A DNA stretch of 64,000 nt from an uncultured Gemmatimonadales bacterium (GTDB taxonomy: Bacteria > Gemmatimonadota > Gemmatimonadetes > Gemmatimonadales > GWC2-71-9), in NCBI GenBank assembly GCA_963844035.1, contig CAWJMT010000004.1, positions 288,001 through 352,000 on the forward strand, given 5' to 3'. The notes under the pieces were generated by a model that saw nothing but the letters and a program-made list of their open reading frames with translations, was not told the origin of the DNA and did no database searches. Position 1 is the first letter of the stretch. Every line of letters begins with the position of its first letter. Both the position numbers and the translations under genes were made by a program. This document shows positions 53,342 to 63,414 of the stretch, piece after piece.

Positions 53342-53755
53342 CTACGGCACGCCCCGTCGCGCCACCGCCAGCAGCGCGATCCCGCCGCGCACGTTCTGGT
53401 TCACCTGCACACTCACCGCTTTCGGCTGTACAGCGTAGACGAGATCGTCGGCGATCCGGGCGGCAAGGCTCTCACAGAACGCCCCTTCGTCGCGGTACGA
53501 CCAGAGATAGAACTTCAGCGCCTTGGACTCGATGCAGCGCTCCCCCGGCGTGTACTCGATGATGACGCTGCCGAAATCCGGCTGACCGGTCCGCGGGCAG
53601 ATGGACGTGAACTCGGTGGCCGTGAGGGTCACACTCTGCACGTCGGGCGCTGGAAATGCCTCGGCCTTGAGGTATTCCCGTGCCTCGAGCGGATTGGCAG
53701 GACGCGGGAGCGGGCCGGTGCGGGGCAGCCCGCGCTCGTGCGGGGTCATAGGCAT
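53342..53755 (-). CDS. queF: preQ1 synthase (7-cyano-7-deazaguanine reductase)
   Basis: EFTSICPRTGQPDF, ESKALKFYL, VRGGI. Confidence 0.92.
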   Translation of the reverse strand: MPMTPHERGLPRTGPLPRPANPLEAREYLKAEAFPAPDVQSVTLTATEFTSICPRTGQPDFGSVIIEYTPGERCIESKALKFYLWSYRDEGAFCESLAARIADDLVYAVQPKAVSVQVNQNVRGGIALLAVARRGVP

Positions 53756-53869
53756 GCGGCTCCTCGACTGGTCACTGTATCGCTATCCCTGGGATGACGC
53801 GTTTAGCTTTCGAAACGTAATGACCCCTGCAGCCGCCTGCTCCGGCACCCGCCGGCCGGTTCCCCACCG

Positions 53870-54592
53870 ATGACCAAGCCCCGACCGAAGGGCGTCGTGC
53901 TGCTCAGCGGCGGACTCGACTCGGCGACGGCGCTGGCCATCGCCGGGCGCGACGGGTTCGAGCTGTACGCCCTCACGTTCCGCTACGGCCAGCGCCACGC
54001 GGTCGAGATCGAGGCTGCGCGGCGCGTCGCGCAGGCGCACCGGGTCGCGCGTCATGAGATCGTGGAGTTCGACCTGCGCCAGTTCGGGGGGTCGGCCCTC
54101 ACCGACGACATCTCGGTCCCCAAGGACCGATCGCCCGACGCCATGAGCCGCGAGATCCCGGTCACCTACGTGCCGGCGCGGAATACCATTTTCCTCTCGT
54201 TCGCCCTCGCCTGGGCGGAGGTCGTTGGCGCGAGCGACATCTTCATCGGGGTCAACGCTCTCGACTACAGCGGCTATCCCGATTGCCGGCCGGAATACAT
54301 CGCCGCCTTCGAAGCGATGGCCAACCTCGCGACCAAGGCGGGGGTCGAGGGACGGCAGCGTCTGCGCATTCACACACCGCTCATCGCCCTCTCCAAGCAC
54401 GAGATCATCCGGACCGGCCTCGCGCTCGGCGTGGACTACGCGCTCACCACGAGCTGCTACGATCCGGCCGCCGGTGGAGACGCGTGCGGCAGATGCGATG
54501 CGTGCGTGCTGCGCTTGAAGGGCTTTGCCGCAGCCGGCGTCCGCGACCCGATTCGCTACCGTGGCGCGGTGGAGGTGGGCGGGGCGCCATGA
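53870..54592 (+). CDS. queC: 7-cyano-7-deazaguanine synthase
   Basis: LSGGLDS, YGQRH, TYVPARN, GYPDCR, SCY...CGRCDAC. Confidence 0.96.
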   Translation: MTKPRPKGVVLLSGGLDSATALAIAGRDGFELYALTFRYGQRHAVEIEAARRVAQAHRVARHEIVEFDLRQFGGSALTDDISVPKDRSPDAMSREIPVTYVPARNTIFLSFALAWAEVVGASDIFIGVNALDYSGYPDCRPEYIAAFEAMANLATKAGVEGRQRLRIHTPLIALSKHEIIRTGLALGVDYALTTSCYDPAAGGDACGRCDACVLRLKGFAAAGVRDPIRYRGAVEVGGAP

Positions 54593-55231
54593 GCTACACC
54601 GTGAAGGAGATCTACTACACGCTCCAAGGTGAAGGTGCGAACGCGGGGCGTCCGGCCGTGTTCTTGCGATTCGCCGGCTGCAACCTGTGGTCGGGGCGTG
54701 AGGAAGACCGGGCCGCCGCTGTGTGCGATTTCTGCGACACCGACTTCGTCGGGACCGATGGGCCGGGCGGAGGGAAGTTCGCGGGGGCACCCGAGCTGGC
54801 TGACGCGGTCGCCGCGCTCTGGCCGCATCCGCCGTCGAGCCGAATGAGGGCGTTCGTGGTCTGCACCGGAGGCGAGCCGCTGCTGCAGCTCGATCGAGCG
54901 TTGATCGCCGCCCTGCACCACGCGGGGTTCGAGATCGCCGTCGAAACGAATGGCACGATGCTGCCGCCACCGGGGATCGACTGGGTGTGCGTCAGCCCGA
55001 AGGCGCGTGCGGACCTGGTGCTCCGCTCCGGGCGACGAGCTGAAGATCGTTTTCCCTCAACAGGGGCTCGACCCCGAGGCCCTCGCCCGGCTCGACTTCC
55101 GCCACTTTTCTCTGCAGCCGATGGACGGGCCCGAGCGGACACGGAACACGGAGCTCGCGACTCGTTACTGCCTCGAACATCCCCAGTGGCGGCTCAGCCT
55201 CCAGACCCACAAGCTGCTCGGCATCCCATAG
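54589..55231 (+). CDS. queE: 7-carboxy-7-deazaguanine synthase, radical SAM (frameshift near 55030)
   Basis: TLQGEG, GCNLW...CDFCDT (CX14CX2C type), TGGEP, ETNG, SLQTHK. Confidence 0.94.
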
Positions 55232-55241
55232 CGCAGGGCGC

Positions 55242-56304
55242 CTACCGCCCCCGCGGCGCCGTCTTTCTCCTCGCCTTCTTCGCGGCCTTCCGTGCCTTCT
55301 TCGCGGCCTTCTTGAGCATCTTCTTGGCCTTCTTGGCTGCCTTCTTGGTCGCCTTCTTGGCTTTCTTGGCCGCCTTCCGGGTCGCCTTCTCGATCTTCTT
55401 GGCCGCCTTCGCCGCCTTCTTCGTGAGTTTCTCAGGGAGCGTCTCGGTGGCCTGCTTGGCGGCCTGTTTGGCGGCCTTCTTCGCGACCTTCTTGCCGCCA
55501 ACGCTCAGCTTGCGCGTCACCTTTTCCTGGGCCCAATTGGACAGGACAGCGAACGCCGCCCCTTGGGGATCCATACACTGCGTGATGCGGCCCTCGCCCG
55601 GGATGTCCATCGGGCCGTTCAAGACTTTGCCGCCCAGGCGCTGCACGGTTCCCGCGGTGCTGTCCGCGCTCGCCACTACCGCGTAGCACAACCAGCTGGG
55701 TGGCGCCGTCATCTCAGGCGGTCGGTTGAACATCCCGCCGATCATTTGCCCGCCGCGCCCGAACGTCAGGTAGATCCCCATCGGGCCCATGTCCATCTCG
55801 TCCATCTTCTCCCAACCAAACAGCTGTTCGTAGAAGGCCCACGCGGCGCGCCAGTCGGTCGTCGTCAGCTCGTGCCAGCCGAACTCCCCGGGCTTGGCGG
55901 CCCCGTCGTGACCCGGGACGCCGGTCGTCGAGCTGAACAACGCAAACGTCGCTCCCTGAGGATCGCCGAGCACCGCGAAACGTCCCATGGTCGGGATGTC
56001 CTGCGGTGCGACGTACTGGCGCGCGCCCAGGCCCACCGCTTCGCGCAGCGGACGCATCCACGTCCGGCACGGCGACGTACATCACCCAACTCGGCGGCGT
56101 CCCCATCTTGCGCGCCTCGTCGGGCAGTGCCATCAGCCCGCCGACCGGCGTGTCCCCGGCGGTCCACATCGTGTACGAGGAGTCCCCTTCCCACTCCTCG
56201 GTGCCCCAGCCCACCACCGTCTTGTAGAAGGCCATGGCGGCCTTCGGATCGGTGGTCATCAGCTCGTTCCAGCAGATGCGGCCGCGGGGAAATGCCTTAG
56301 GCAT
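55242..56304 (-). CDS. Two-domain VOC/glyoxalase protein with Lys/Ala-rich H1-like tail (frameshift near 56050)
   Basis: WNELMTTD..FY..GW, DPQGA twice, WHELTT; C-terminal KKAAK repeats. Confidence 0.85.
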
Positions 56305-56440
56305 GGAGCGCTCCTATGCGGTGTCGAGAGCAAGAATGACGGGCTTTGAACGCTAGCGTCCGGCCGTTTTCGCGGCTAGAGGTGCGTCCGATCGCGCCGC
56401 AGACTTGCGTCCACCCCTGGGATGGTCAAATACTTGTTTG

Positions 56441-57205
56441 ATGGCCGAGAATCGACTCGACGTGGAGTGCACCCAGACCCAGGCTCCACGGCGCGGATGG
56501 TTGTTCCGTGCGCTGTGGCCCGTCACGTCATACCTCGTCACGAACCTCACCGTGACGTTTTTCGGCGTGCTCTTCTTCATTTTCAATCGCACCACCGTGC
56601 TCGGCCGCGGCAATGTCGGCGAGCGGCCCAATACCCTGCTCCTTTCAAACCACCAGTCCATGCTGGACAGTTTCCTGGTGGGAATGGGCGCGTTTTATCC
56701 CCAGTCGTGGTGGAAGCCCTACCTGATGCCGTGGAACCCCGCCGCGGCGGAGAATTTCTACAAGAACCCGGTCCTTGCCTGGCTGGCGGACAACTGGAAA
56801 TGCATCTCAGTACGCGCCGGGCGCCGGGACCTGCAGGCGCTCAATCGGATGACGCAGGTGCTGCCGGAGGGCGTGATGACCTTGTTTCCAGAGGGCACGC
56901 GGACGCGGGATGGGTGCGTGGGGGAAGGGCGCGCCGGGCCGGGACTGTTGGTCCTAGGGACTCATCCGCGGGTGATCCCCGTGGCGATCGAGGGGATGCA
57001 AGACGTACTGCCCATCGGCTGCTTCGTACCGCGGCTCGGCAAGCGGGTCTACGTCGCCTACGGCCCTCCGGTCGACTACTCCGACCTGCTCTCGCAGCCC
57101 GCGTCGCGCGAGACCGCGCAGGCGTTGATGGACCGCGTCATGGACGCGATCCGCACCCAGCACGCCGAGCTGCGGCTTATTCGATCTCGAACTCGAGGAA
57201 CTTGA
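56441..57205 (+). CDS. Lysophospholipid acyltransferase (PlsC family)
   Basis: NHQSMLD (HxxxxD), FPEGTR, IPVAI. Confidence 0.9.
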   Translation: MAENRLDVECTQTQAPRRGWLFRALWPVTSYLVTNLTVTFFGVLFFIFNRTTVLGRGNVGERPNTLLLSNHQSMLDSFLVGMGAFYPQSWWKPYLMPWNPAAAENFYKNPVLAWLADNWKCISVRAGRRDLQALNRMTQVLPEGVMTLFPEGTRTRDGCVGEGRAGPGLLVLGTHPRVIPVAIEGMQDVLPIGCFVPRLGKRVYVAYGPPVDYSDLLSQPASRETAQALMDRVMDAIRTQHAELRLIRSRTRGT

Positions 57206-58613
57206 AGACACCCTCGCGCTCGATCTGCAGCACAGCGGCGCTCCCCACCTTGAGGTCGCGCAGCACGGTGCGGAGCTCGTCGAGGCCCGACACGCGCTTG
57301 CGGTTGACCGAGTGAATCACGTCGCCCGGAACCAGCCCGCTCTCCACGCTCCCGCCGTATCCTGCCAGCGCCACCACCAGCACCCCTGAGGGCGACCGGA
57401 GCCCCGGAACGGCGTTGGTCGAGATGGAATCGAGAGCGATCCCGATGATCCCGATGCGACGTACCAGATTCCGCTCGGGATCGACGCCCTCCATCAGCCG
57501 GTTGAAGCGGTCGGGCCGTTCGACCACCGGAATCTCGAGCGTGAGCGGCTGCGTCCCGCGCAGCACGTCGAGCCGCACCGTCTTGCCGACGTTGCGCAGC
57601 GTGAGGGTGGACACGAACTCCGCGAGGCTCCCCACCGGCTGACCGTTCATCGCGACGACGACGTCGCCGATCGCGAGGCCCGACGCCTCCGCCGGTCCGC
57701 CCGGAGCGACATCTTCGAGCAGCAATCCCCAGCTGCGTGCCAGGCCCAGGCCTTCGGCGAGCTCCGGCGTGATCTCGATGGCGCGGATCCCGATGATGCC
57801 GCGATGCACCGTACCGTGCGAGCGCAGCTGCTTGTAGACGAACTGCACGATGCCGCTCGGGATCGCGAAGCCGAGCCCCTCGCTGCCGCCGCTCTTGCTG
57901 AGGATGAAGTTGTTGATCCCCACGAGCGCGCCGTCGGCATCGGCGAGCGGCCCGCCGGAGTTGCCGGGGTTGATGGGAGCGTCGGTCTGGATGTAGACCA
58001 CGGGCCGTTGAGGATCGATCTCCCGGGCCACGGAGCTGACGACGCCCATCGTCACGGTGTTGGCGAGGCCCGCCGGGCTGCCAAACGCGAACACCAGCTC
58101 ACCCTTGCGCAGTTTGTCCGAGTCGCCGAACGGCATCGCCGGGAGACCGGTGGTGTCGACCTTGAGTACGGCGATGTCGGTCTCCGCATCGACCCCGACG
58201 ACATGGGCGTTCATGATCGGGCCCACCAGCGGTCGACTCGTCCCGGATCCGGCGGGACCGATCGTCAGCGCGACCCGCACGCGCTCGGCACCGCTCACCA
58301 CGTGCGCGTTGGTCAGGATGAATCCGGCGGGATCGACGATCACCCCGGAGCCGATGATGCGCTGCCGCTCGAGGACCGCCATCCCCTGGGATGCCCCGCT
58401 CGAGCCCAGCGCCGTGACTAGGATCTGGACGACCGAGGGTGAGACTCGCCGCGTCAGCGCCTCGACGGCGTTGCCGAACTGCCGCAACGAGGGCGCGGGT
58501 TGCTCGGCGCCTTTGCGCTGGCCGGCGAGAGGCGCCGCCAGCAAAACGGCCAAGGCGGCGAGGAGTGACACTCGGCTGCAGGTGGGACGCGAACGCATCA
58601 GATTGGCTTTCAT
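57177..58613 (-). CDS. HtrA/DegP-family serine protease with two PDZ domains
   Basis: GSGVI, TNAHVV, TDIAVLK, QTDAPINPGNSGG. Confidence 0.93.
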   Translation of the reverse strand: MKANLMRSRPTCSRVSLLAALAVLLAAPLAGQRKGAEQPAPSLRQFGNAVEALTRRVSPSVVQILVTALGSSGASQGMAVLERQRIIGSGVIVDPAGFILTNAHVVSGAERVRVALTIGPAGSGTSRPLVGPIMNAHVVGVDAETDIAVLKVDTTGLPAMPFGDSDKLRKGELVFAFGSPAGLANTVTMGVVSSVAREIDPQRPVVYIQTDAPINPGNSGGPLADADGALVGINNFILSKSGGSEGLGFAIPSGIVQFVYKQLRSHGTVHRGIIGIRAIEITPELAEGLGLARSWGLLLEDVAPGGPAEASGLAIGDVVVAMNGQPVGSLAEFVSTLTLRNVGKTVRLDVLRGTQPLTLEIPVVERPDRFNRLMEGVDPERNLVRRIGIIGIALDSISTNAVPGLRSPSGVLVVALAGYGGSVESGLVPGDVIHSVNRKRVSGLDELRTVLRDLKVGSAAVLQIEREGVFKFLEFEIE

Positions 58614-58640
58614 TGTCCTCATCCTGCGGGAGAGGTCCGA

Positions 58641-58675
58641 TAACGAACACGGCGCCCTCACGTGCGGGGCGCCGT
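58641..58675 (-). terminator. Terminator-like hairpin after csp
   Basis: acggcgccc...gggcgccgt followed by gttcgtta. Confidence 0.5.
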
Positions 58676-58701
58676 CCTCGTCCTGGTGGTGCCGTGCGTG
58701 A

Positions 58702-58911
58702 TTACAGCTTCACGACGTTCTGCGCCGCCGGGCCCTTCTGACCATCGACCACTTCGAACTCCACCCGCTGGCCTTCGGCCAGCGACTTAAAACCTTCCGC
58801 TTGAATCGCGGTGTGGTGCACGAAGCAATCCTTGCCGCCGTTTTCGGGCGTAATGAAGCCGAACCCCTTGGCGTCGTTGAACCACTTCACGGTACCGGTA
58901 ATGCGTGCCAT
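58702..58911 (-). CDS. cspA: Cold-shock protein
   Basis: [29 protein letters not shown]. Confidence 0.96.
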   Translation of the reverse strand: MARITGTVKWFNDAKGFGFITPENGGKDCFVHHTAIQAEGFKSLAEGQRVEFEVVDGQKGPAAQNVVKL

Positions 58912-58929
58912 CTGTGTAATACTCCTGAC

Positions 58930-59127
58930 TTATGACTGTTCCCGGCGACGCGCGCGCTTCACCTTACGGCGAGCCGCGGCCTTGTCCTTCCGCCGCCGTC
59001 GAACGGACGGGCTCTCATAGAATCGTTTCTTCTTGAGATCCTGGAATAGGCCAGCTTTGGTAATCTGCCTGCGGAACTTCTTTAAGACGAAGTCCAGCCG
59101 ATCATTTTCGCTGAGCGTGACTTCCAC
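58930..59127 (-). CDS. rpsU: 30S ribosomal protein bS21
   Basis: LKKFRRQ...KKRFYESPSVRRRRK; GTG start after AAGGGA. Confidence 0.88.
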   Translation of the reverse strand: MEVTLSENDRLDFVLKKFRRQITKAGLFQDLKKKRFYESPSVRRRRKDKAAARRKVKRARRREQS

Positions 59128-59158
59128 GCGATCCCTTTCCGAGGAGAGTGCTGATCCA

Positions 59159-59196
59159 GAAACAAACAAAGGACCATGGGCGACAGCCCAGGTCCT
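59159..59196 (-). terminator. Terminator-like hairpin inside the rpsU-csp 5' region
   Basis: aggacc-tgggc-tgtc-gccca-t-ggtcct followed by ttgtttgtttc. Confidence 0.55.
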
Positions 59197-59601
59197 CATA
59201 TCGGTCACTGGTGTTCAGCTCACGGCACTATGCCGCGGCCCTTTCGCTCGCTGCAAGCATCGCACGGGGGACCCCAAATGTCAACCACCGGGAATGCCCC
59301 GCCAAGTGGGACGTTCCGTGGCGCCGGCGCGACACGCGACCAGCAGCGCCCCTGCTGACCGCCTGCGGCACACCGCATGCGCCGCACGCGAGCATGACGT
59401 TCGCCCTCGTCCTGGCCGCTTTGACCCAATACACGTTCGCATACGAGCGTGGCGAATTTCGCGAGACGCGGTTCACGTGCCGCCCGGCACCAACGCGCGG
59501 TCTCAGGGGTATAGCTATGACGCCGCTACGCGCGTCGTGACAGTGCGATTGCGCGAGTCGGGATTTGCGACAGCGGATCGTGGTCAAGTGCCTTCGCTGG
59601 T

Positions 59602-59630
59602 TTGACTTCAGCGTGTCAACCCGCTACACT
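59602..59630 (+). promoter_or_regulatory. sigma70 promoter of infA
   Basis: TTGACT-N17-TACACT. Confidence 0.7.
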
Positions 59631-59750
59631 TTGTGCTGCGTCGCGCACGCAATCCATCGCGTGCCGAGAGCGGACAACCAGGCGGGATTGGCCGATGCGC
59701 CCGTCCCGTTTTTTGTTTCCGCGAGCGCCAACCAATCCGGGCGGTTTTCG

Positions 59751-59969
59751 ATGGCCAAAGAAGAAGCAATCGAGATGAACGGAACGGTCGAAGAGGTGCT
59801 ACGGAACGCAACGTTCCGCGTGCTCTTGAGCAACGGGCATTACGTCCTCGCTACCATGGCAGGCAAGATGCGTCGGTTTCGAATCCGAGTTCTCGCTGGT
59901 GACCGCGTCACACTCGCGGTCTCTCCCTACGACCTGACGCGCGGTCGCATCACCTTCAGGCACAAGTGA
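59751..59969 (+). CDS. infA: Translation initiation factor IF-1
   Basis: [35 protein letters not shown]. Confidence 0.97.
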   Translation: MAKEEAIEMNGTVEEVLRNATFRVLLSNGHYVLATMAGKMRRFRIRVLAGDRVTLAVSPYDLTRGRITFRHK

Positions 59970-60175
59970 GCCGGGCCCTCGCCCGGGCCGGCATGATGAC
60001 CGCCGGCGGCCCACCCCGCTGCCCGCAGTGCGGGCAGCGCCTCGGCTTCGGTACCGATCGCTTGGGTCGTACGACCGAAACGTGCCCCTGCGGATACCGG
60101 GGATACGTTGCACTGCGCGAAGTCGAGGTCCCGGTCGCCGTCCCGCTGGTTGGGAGCGACAGACCGCGCGCCTAG
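59966..60175 (+). CDS. Small zinc-ribbon-like hypothetical protein
   Basis: CPQC...CPCG; GTGA overlap with the infA stop. Confidence 0.45.
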   Translation: MSRALARAGMMTAGGPPRCPQCGQRLGFGTDRLGRTTETCPCGYRGYVALREVEVPVAVPLVGSDRPRA

Positions 60176-60228
60176 CAGGTCCAAGGCGTCGGAACCCTCC
60201 ACACGCGATAGCCGTTCCTGTCGTGTCC

Positions 60229-61096
60229 ATGTCCGAGAAAAGCGTCGATCTGGGTGGCACGTTCGTACTGGGCGGAGACCTCCCGGTGCATCGCCTGGGG
60301 TTCGGCGCGATGCGGATCACGGGCCCGGGTGTGTGGGGCGAGCCGCGGGATCGCGCCGTGGCGATCGCCGTGCTCAAGCGGGTGGTCGAGCTCGGGATCA
60401 CGTTGATCGACACCGCCGACTCATACGGTCCCGAAGTCAGCGAACGTCTCATCGCCACTGCACTGCACCCCTACCCGCCATCGCTCGTAATCGCCACGAA
60501 GGCGGGGTTCGATCGTCCGGGCCCCGGCCAATGGAAAGAGAACGGGCGCCCGGCACACCTGCGCACCGCGTGCGAAGGCTCGCTGCGCCGTCTGAAGCTC
60601 GAGCGCATCGACCTGTTCCAACTGCACCGCATCGATCCCGCCGTTGCGATGGAAGACCAGGTCGGCACCCTGATCCGTCTCCAGGAAGAAGGCAAGATCC
60701 GCCACCTCGGCCTGTCCGAGGTCGGCGTCGAGGAGATTGAACGGGTACGCAAGCTCGTGCCGATCGTGTCGGTGCAGAACCGCTACAACCCGGTGGATCG
60801 GACCCACGACCCGGTGATCGACTACTGCGAACGCCACGGAATCGGATTTCTGCCGTGGTTTCCGCTCGGGAGCGGCGCGCTCGCTCGGGCCGGGGAGTCC
60901 GCTCGCCCGGGTCGCCGCCGAGCGGCACGCGACGCCCGCGCAGGTAGCGCTCGCCTGGCTGCTGCGCCGCTCCCCGGTGATGCTCCCCATTCCCGGGACC
61001 GGGAACGTGGCGCACCTCGAGGAAAATGCCGCAGCGACACAGCTCGAGCTCGGGGAGCAGGACTACGATCAAATCGCTCGCGCGTGCGACGCCTGA
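60229..61096 (+). CDS. Aldo/keto reductase (frameshift near 60895)
   Basis: [37 protein letters not shown]. Confidence 0.92.
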
Positions 61097-61164
61097 ACGG
61101 CGTCTCCAGATGACGACCGGCCCGGTGTTGCGCTAGCTTACAGGGCACCTTCGGAGAGAATTGC

Positions 61165-61563
61165 GTGCTGCTCACACTTTGCAAATCCAAGCTGCACCGC
61201 GCGGTGGTCACTCAGGCTGCCCTGCACTACGAGGGGAGCATCACCATCGATGCCCGCCTGCTCGAGGCGGCTGAAATCCAGCCGTTCGAGCGGGTCCAGG
61301 TCGTCGATGTCGCGAACGGCGCGCGGTTCGACACCTACACGGTGGTGGGCGAAGCGGGGTCGGGGATGGTGTGCGTGAACGGCGCCGCCGCACGGCTGGT
61401 TCAGGTGGGAGATCCGGTGATCATCATTACCTACGCCCAGTTCACGCCCGAAGAAGCGAGCGGGTACCGACCGCGCATTGTGATCCTCAACGCCGACAAC
61501 TCGATCCGCGAGTCGTTCCTGGGCGACGCGCACAGCGTCGCGGGGTTGTCGGAGGCGCTCTAG
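61165..61563 (+). CDS. panD: Aspartate 1-decarboxylase
   Basis: [15 protein letters not shown] (G/S cleavage site), [15 protein letters not shown]. Confidence 0.96.
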   Translation: MLLTLCKSKLHRAVVTQAALHYEGSITIDARLLEAAEIQPFERVQVVDVANGARFDTYTVVGEAGSGMVCVNGAAARLVQVGDPVIIITYAQFTPEEASGYRPRIVILNADNSIRESFLGDAHSVAGLSEAL

Positions 61564-62369
61564 CCCCAGCTGCCCCGGCTGAGTGTATCGAGTGCGGCCG
61601 CGGCATCTCCCCACCCGCCGCGGGCCTCACCCGCGAGCCAGCGGCGGATCAACTCTCCGAACCACGGCGGTATGGTGCGCAACTCGTCGAGCGTCTCCGA
61701 CTCGGGAGCCGGCGGCTGGCCGGTGAGCATCTCCTGGGCGAGCACCCCAACCGCATAGAGATCATCGGCCGGTCCCGGCACGGCGCCATTGCTGCCGCCG
61801 CGCCGTTCGGGACGGACATAGGAGGGCGCGCACAGTGCCGAGTGCGCCGCGCCCGCCGGTCCGGACGCGATGGCGCGACTCACCGCATCCACGATCCCAG
61901 TGTCCACTATCAGCACGCGCCCATCGGCGAGCAGCACGTTTTCGGGCTTGAGATCCCCGTGGGCCACCTGTTTTGCATGGACGTGCGCGAGCGCCGTGAG
62001 CACGCTGCGCAGAATTTCGACGGTGCGGTGGATCGGCATCTCGCCGTGGCGCGCCAACCAGGCCCGCAGCGTCGTGCCATCGACAAAGTGCCGCGTGTGG
62101 TAGATGAACGCCCCGGCGCGGCCGCCGCCTCGGGGGACCACGAGGTGGGGATCACCCAGCCGGTCCGCGAGGAGCAACAGCTCGCGCTCGAACCGCGCCG
62201 GGTCCACCACGAACGATAGGTCTCCGGGGAGAACTTTTACCAGCAGCTCTGCACCGTCCGGCAGCTCCAAAGCGACGAACAAACGGCAACCCCCGACCGG
62301 CCGCACCTCGCGCTCCACCATGTAGACGGGACCTAGCGCGGCCCCCAGCGACATGCGGAGTTCGGACAT
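61560..62369 (-). CDS. Hanks-type Ser/Thr kinase domain protein with degenerate motifs
   Basis: [29 protein letters not shown]. Confidence 0.8.
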   Translation of the reverse strand: MSELRMSLGAALGPVYMVEREVRPVGGCRLFVALELPDGAELLVKVLPGDLSFVVDPARFERELLLLADRLGDPHLVVPRGGGRAGAFIYHTRHFVDGTTLRAWLARHGEMPIHRTVEILRSVLTALAHVHAKQVAHGDLKPENVLLADGRVLIVDTGIVDAVSRAIASGPAGAAHSALCAPSYVRPERRGGSNGAVPGPADDLYAVGVLAQEMLTGQPPAPESETLDELRTIPPWFGELIRRWLAGEARGGWGDAAAALDTLSRGSWG

Positions 62370-62407
62370 GCAGCTAGTGTCGCATCTCTCGCGCCGCTCG
62401 ACAAGGG

Positions 62408-63379
62408 TTAGGGAGACAGATCGATCATGCCGAGACGCTGAGTCCCGCTCAGCGCCAGCCAGACTCGCGCCCGAGTCGAGTCCACAGACATGTTGCGCAC
62501 GACCGCGCCGCGGGTGGGGATCGCCACGGTCGCTGAACGCGCGGTGGACGGGTCAAAGGTCACAACCTGGTTCGTCTGCGCCTCGCCGTACCAGATCCGG
62601 CCGTCGGGAGCGATGGCGATGCCGTAAGGGCCGCAGTCAGCGCCGCCGGGGCTCGGGAAATCGCGCACCTGGCCTGTGGCGGGATCGAGCCGGCCGAGCT
62701 GGCCGCGTGCGTAGTCCGTGTACCAAACGATGCCCTGCGCGTCCACCACGAGACGGCGTGGCCGCGCCGCGGGCGCGGGGAGCGTGAACAAGCGCAGCGC
62801 CCCGTCGGCAGGATCGATGCGACCGATCGCAGCAGTCCCGAACAGCGCCATCCAGAGCTTGCCATCGGGACCGACGACCAGCCCGTACGGCCTGGCGGCG
62901 GATGTGGGTACGGGGAAGATCCGCGTTTCCCTGGTCGCAGGGTCGAGCGAGCCGTACAGATTCGCCCGTTGGACCGTAAACCAGACTTTCCCCGCGTGGT
63001 ACAGAAGCGTGTGGGGGTCCTGCGCCTTGGCGGGCAACACGTACTCCGTGATCGCCCCCGTCGCGGGGTCGAGGCGGCCGATCCGGTTCGCGGCGTTCGC
63101 CGTGTACCACACCGCGCCATCCGGCGCCACGATGATTCCGTGGGGCCCCGACGCAGGGGTGGGCGTGGCAAAGTCCGTGACCGCACCGGTGGCGGGGTCG
63201 AGCCGGCCGATGTAGCTGTTCGACTGGTCGGTATACCACACGATGCCGTCGCGGCCGACCGCGGGGTCATGGGGAAACGCGCCAGGGCGTGGGAGTGGAT
63301 ACTCGACGACGTGAGGGAGGGACGCGGTAACGAGACAGAGTGCGAGCGTCGCGCCCATCGGAGCAGCTCTAAGGATCAT
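62408..63379 (-). CDS. Vgb (virginiamycin B lyase)-like beta-propeller
   Basis: Repeats PHG/PYG..DG.VWYT...IGRLDPATG; signal peptide. Confidence 0.85.
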   Translation of the reverse strand: MILRAAPMGATLALCLVTASLPHVVEYPLPRPGAFPHDPAVGRDGIVWYTDQSNSYIGRLDPATGAVTDFATPTPASGPHGIIVAPDGAVWYTANAANRIGRLDPATGAITEYVLPAKAQDPHTLLYHAGKVWFTVQRANLYGSLDPATRETRIFPVPTSAARPYGLVVGPDGKLWMALFGTAAIGRIDPADGALRLFTLPAPAARPRRLVVDAQGIVWYTDYARGQLGRLDPATGQVRDFPSPGGADCGPYGIAIAPDGRIWYGEAQTNQVVTFDPSTARSATVAIPTRGAVVRNMSVDSTRARVWLALSGTQRLGMIDLSP

Positions 63380-63414
63380 GGGTTGCCTCCTCGGAACGAA
63401 AGTATCGTTTTGTC

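Noticed and set aside
53756..53869. preQ1 riboswitch between queF and queC
   Set aside because: No recognisable preQ1 stem-loop with an A-rich tail on either strand by eye; an Infernal search would settle it.
55255..55500. Short tandem nucleotide repeats (ggccttctt...) as CRISPR or VNTR
   Set aside because: They are degenerate codon repeats of the KKAAK tail with no unique spacers.
62408..63379. Vgb-like gene (and the beta-lactamase-like gene at 28522) as antibiotic-resistance genes
   Set aside because: Only family-level motifs are visible; both families are broad and there is no mobile context.
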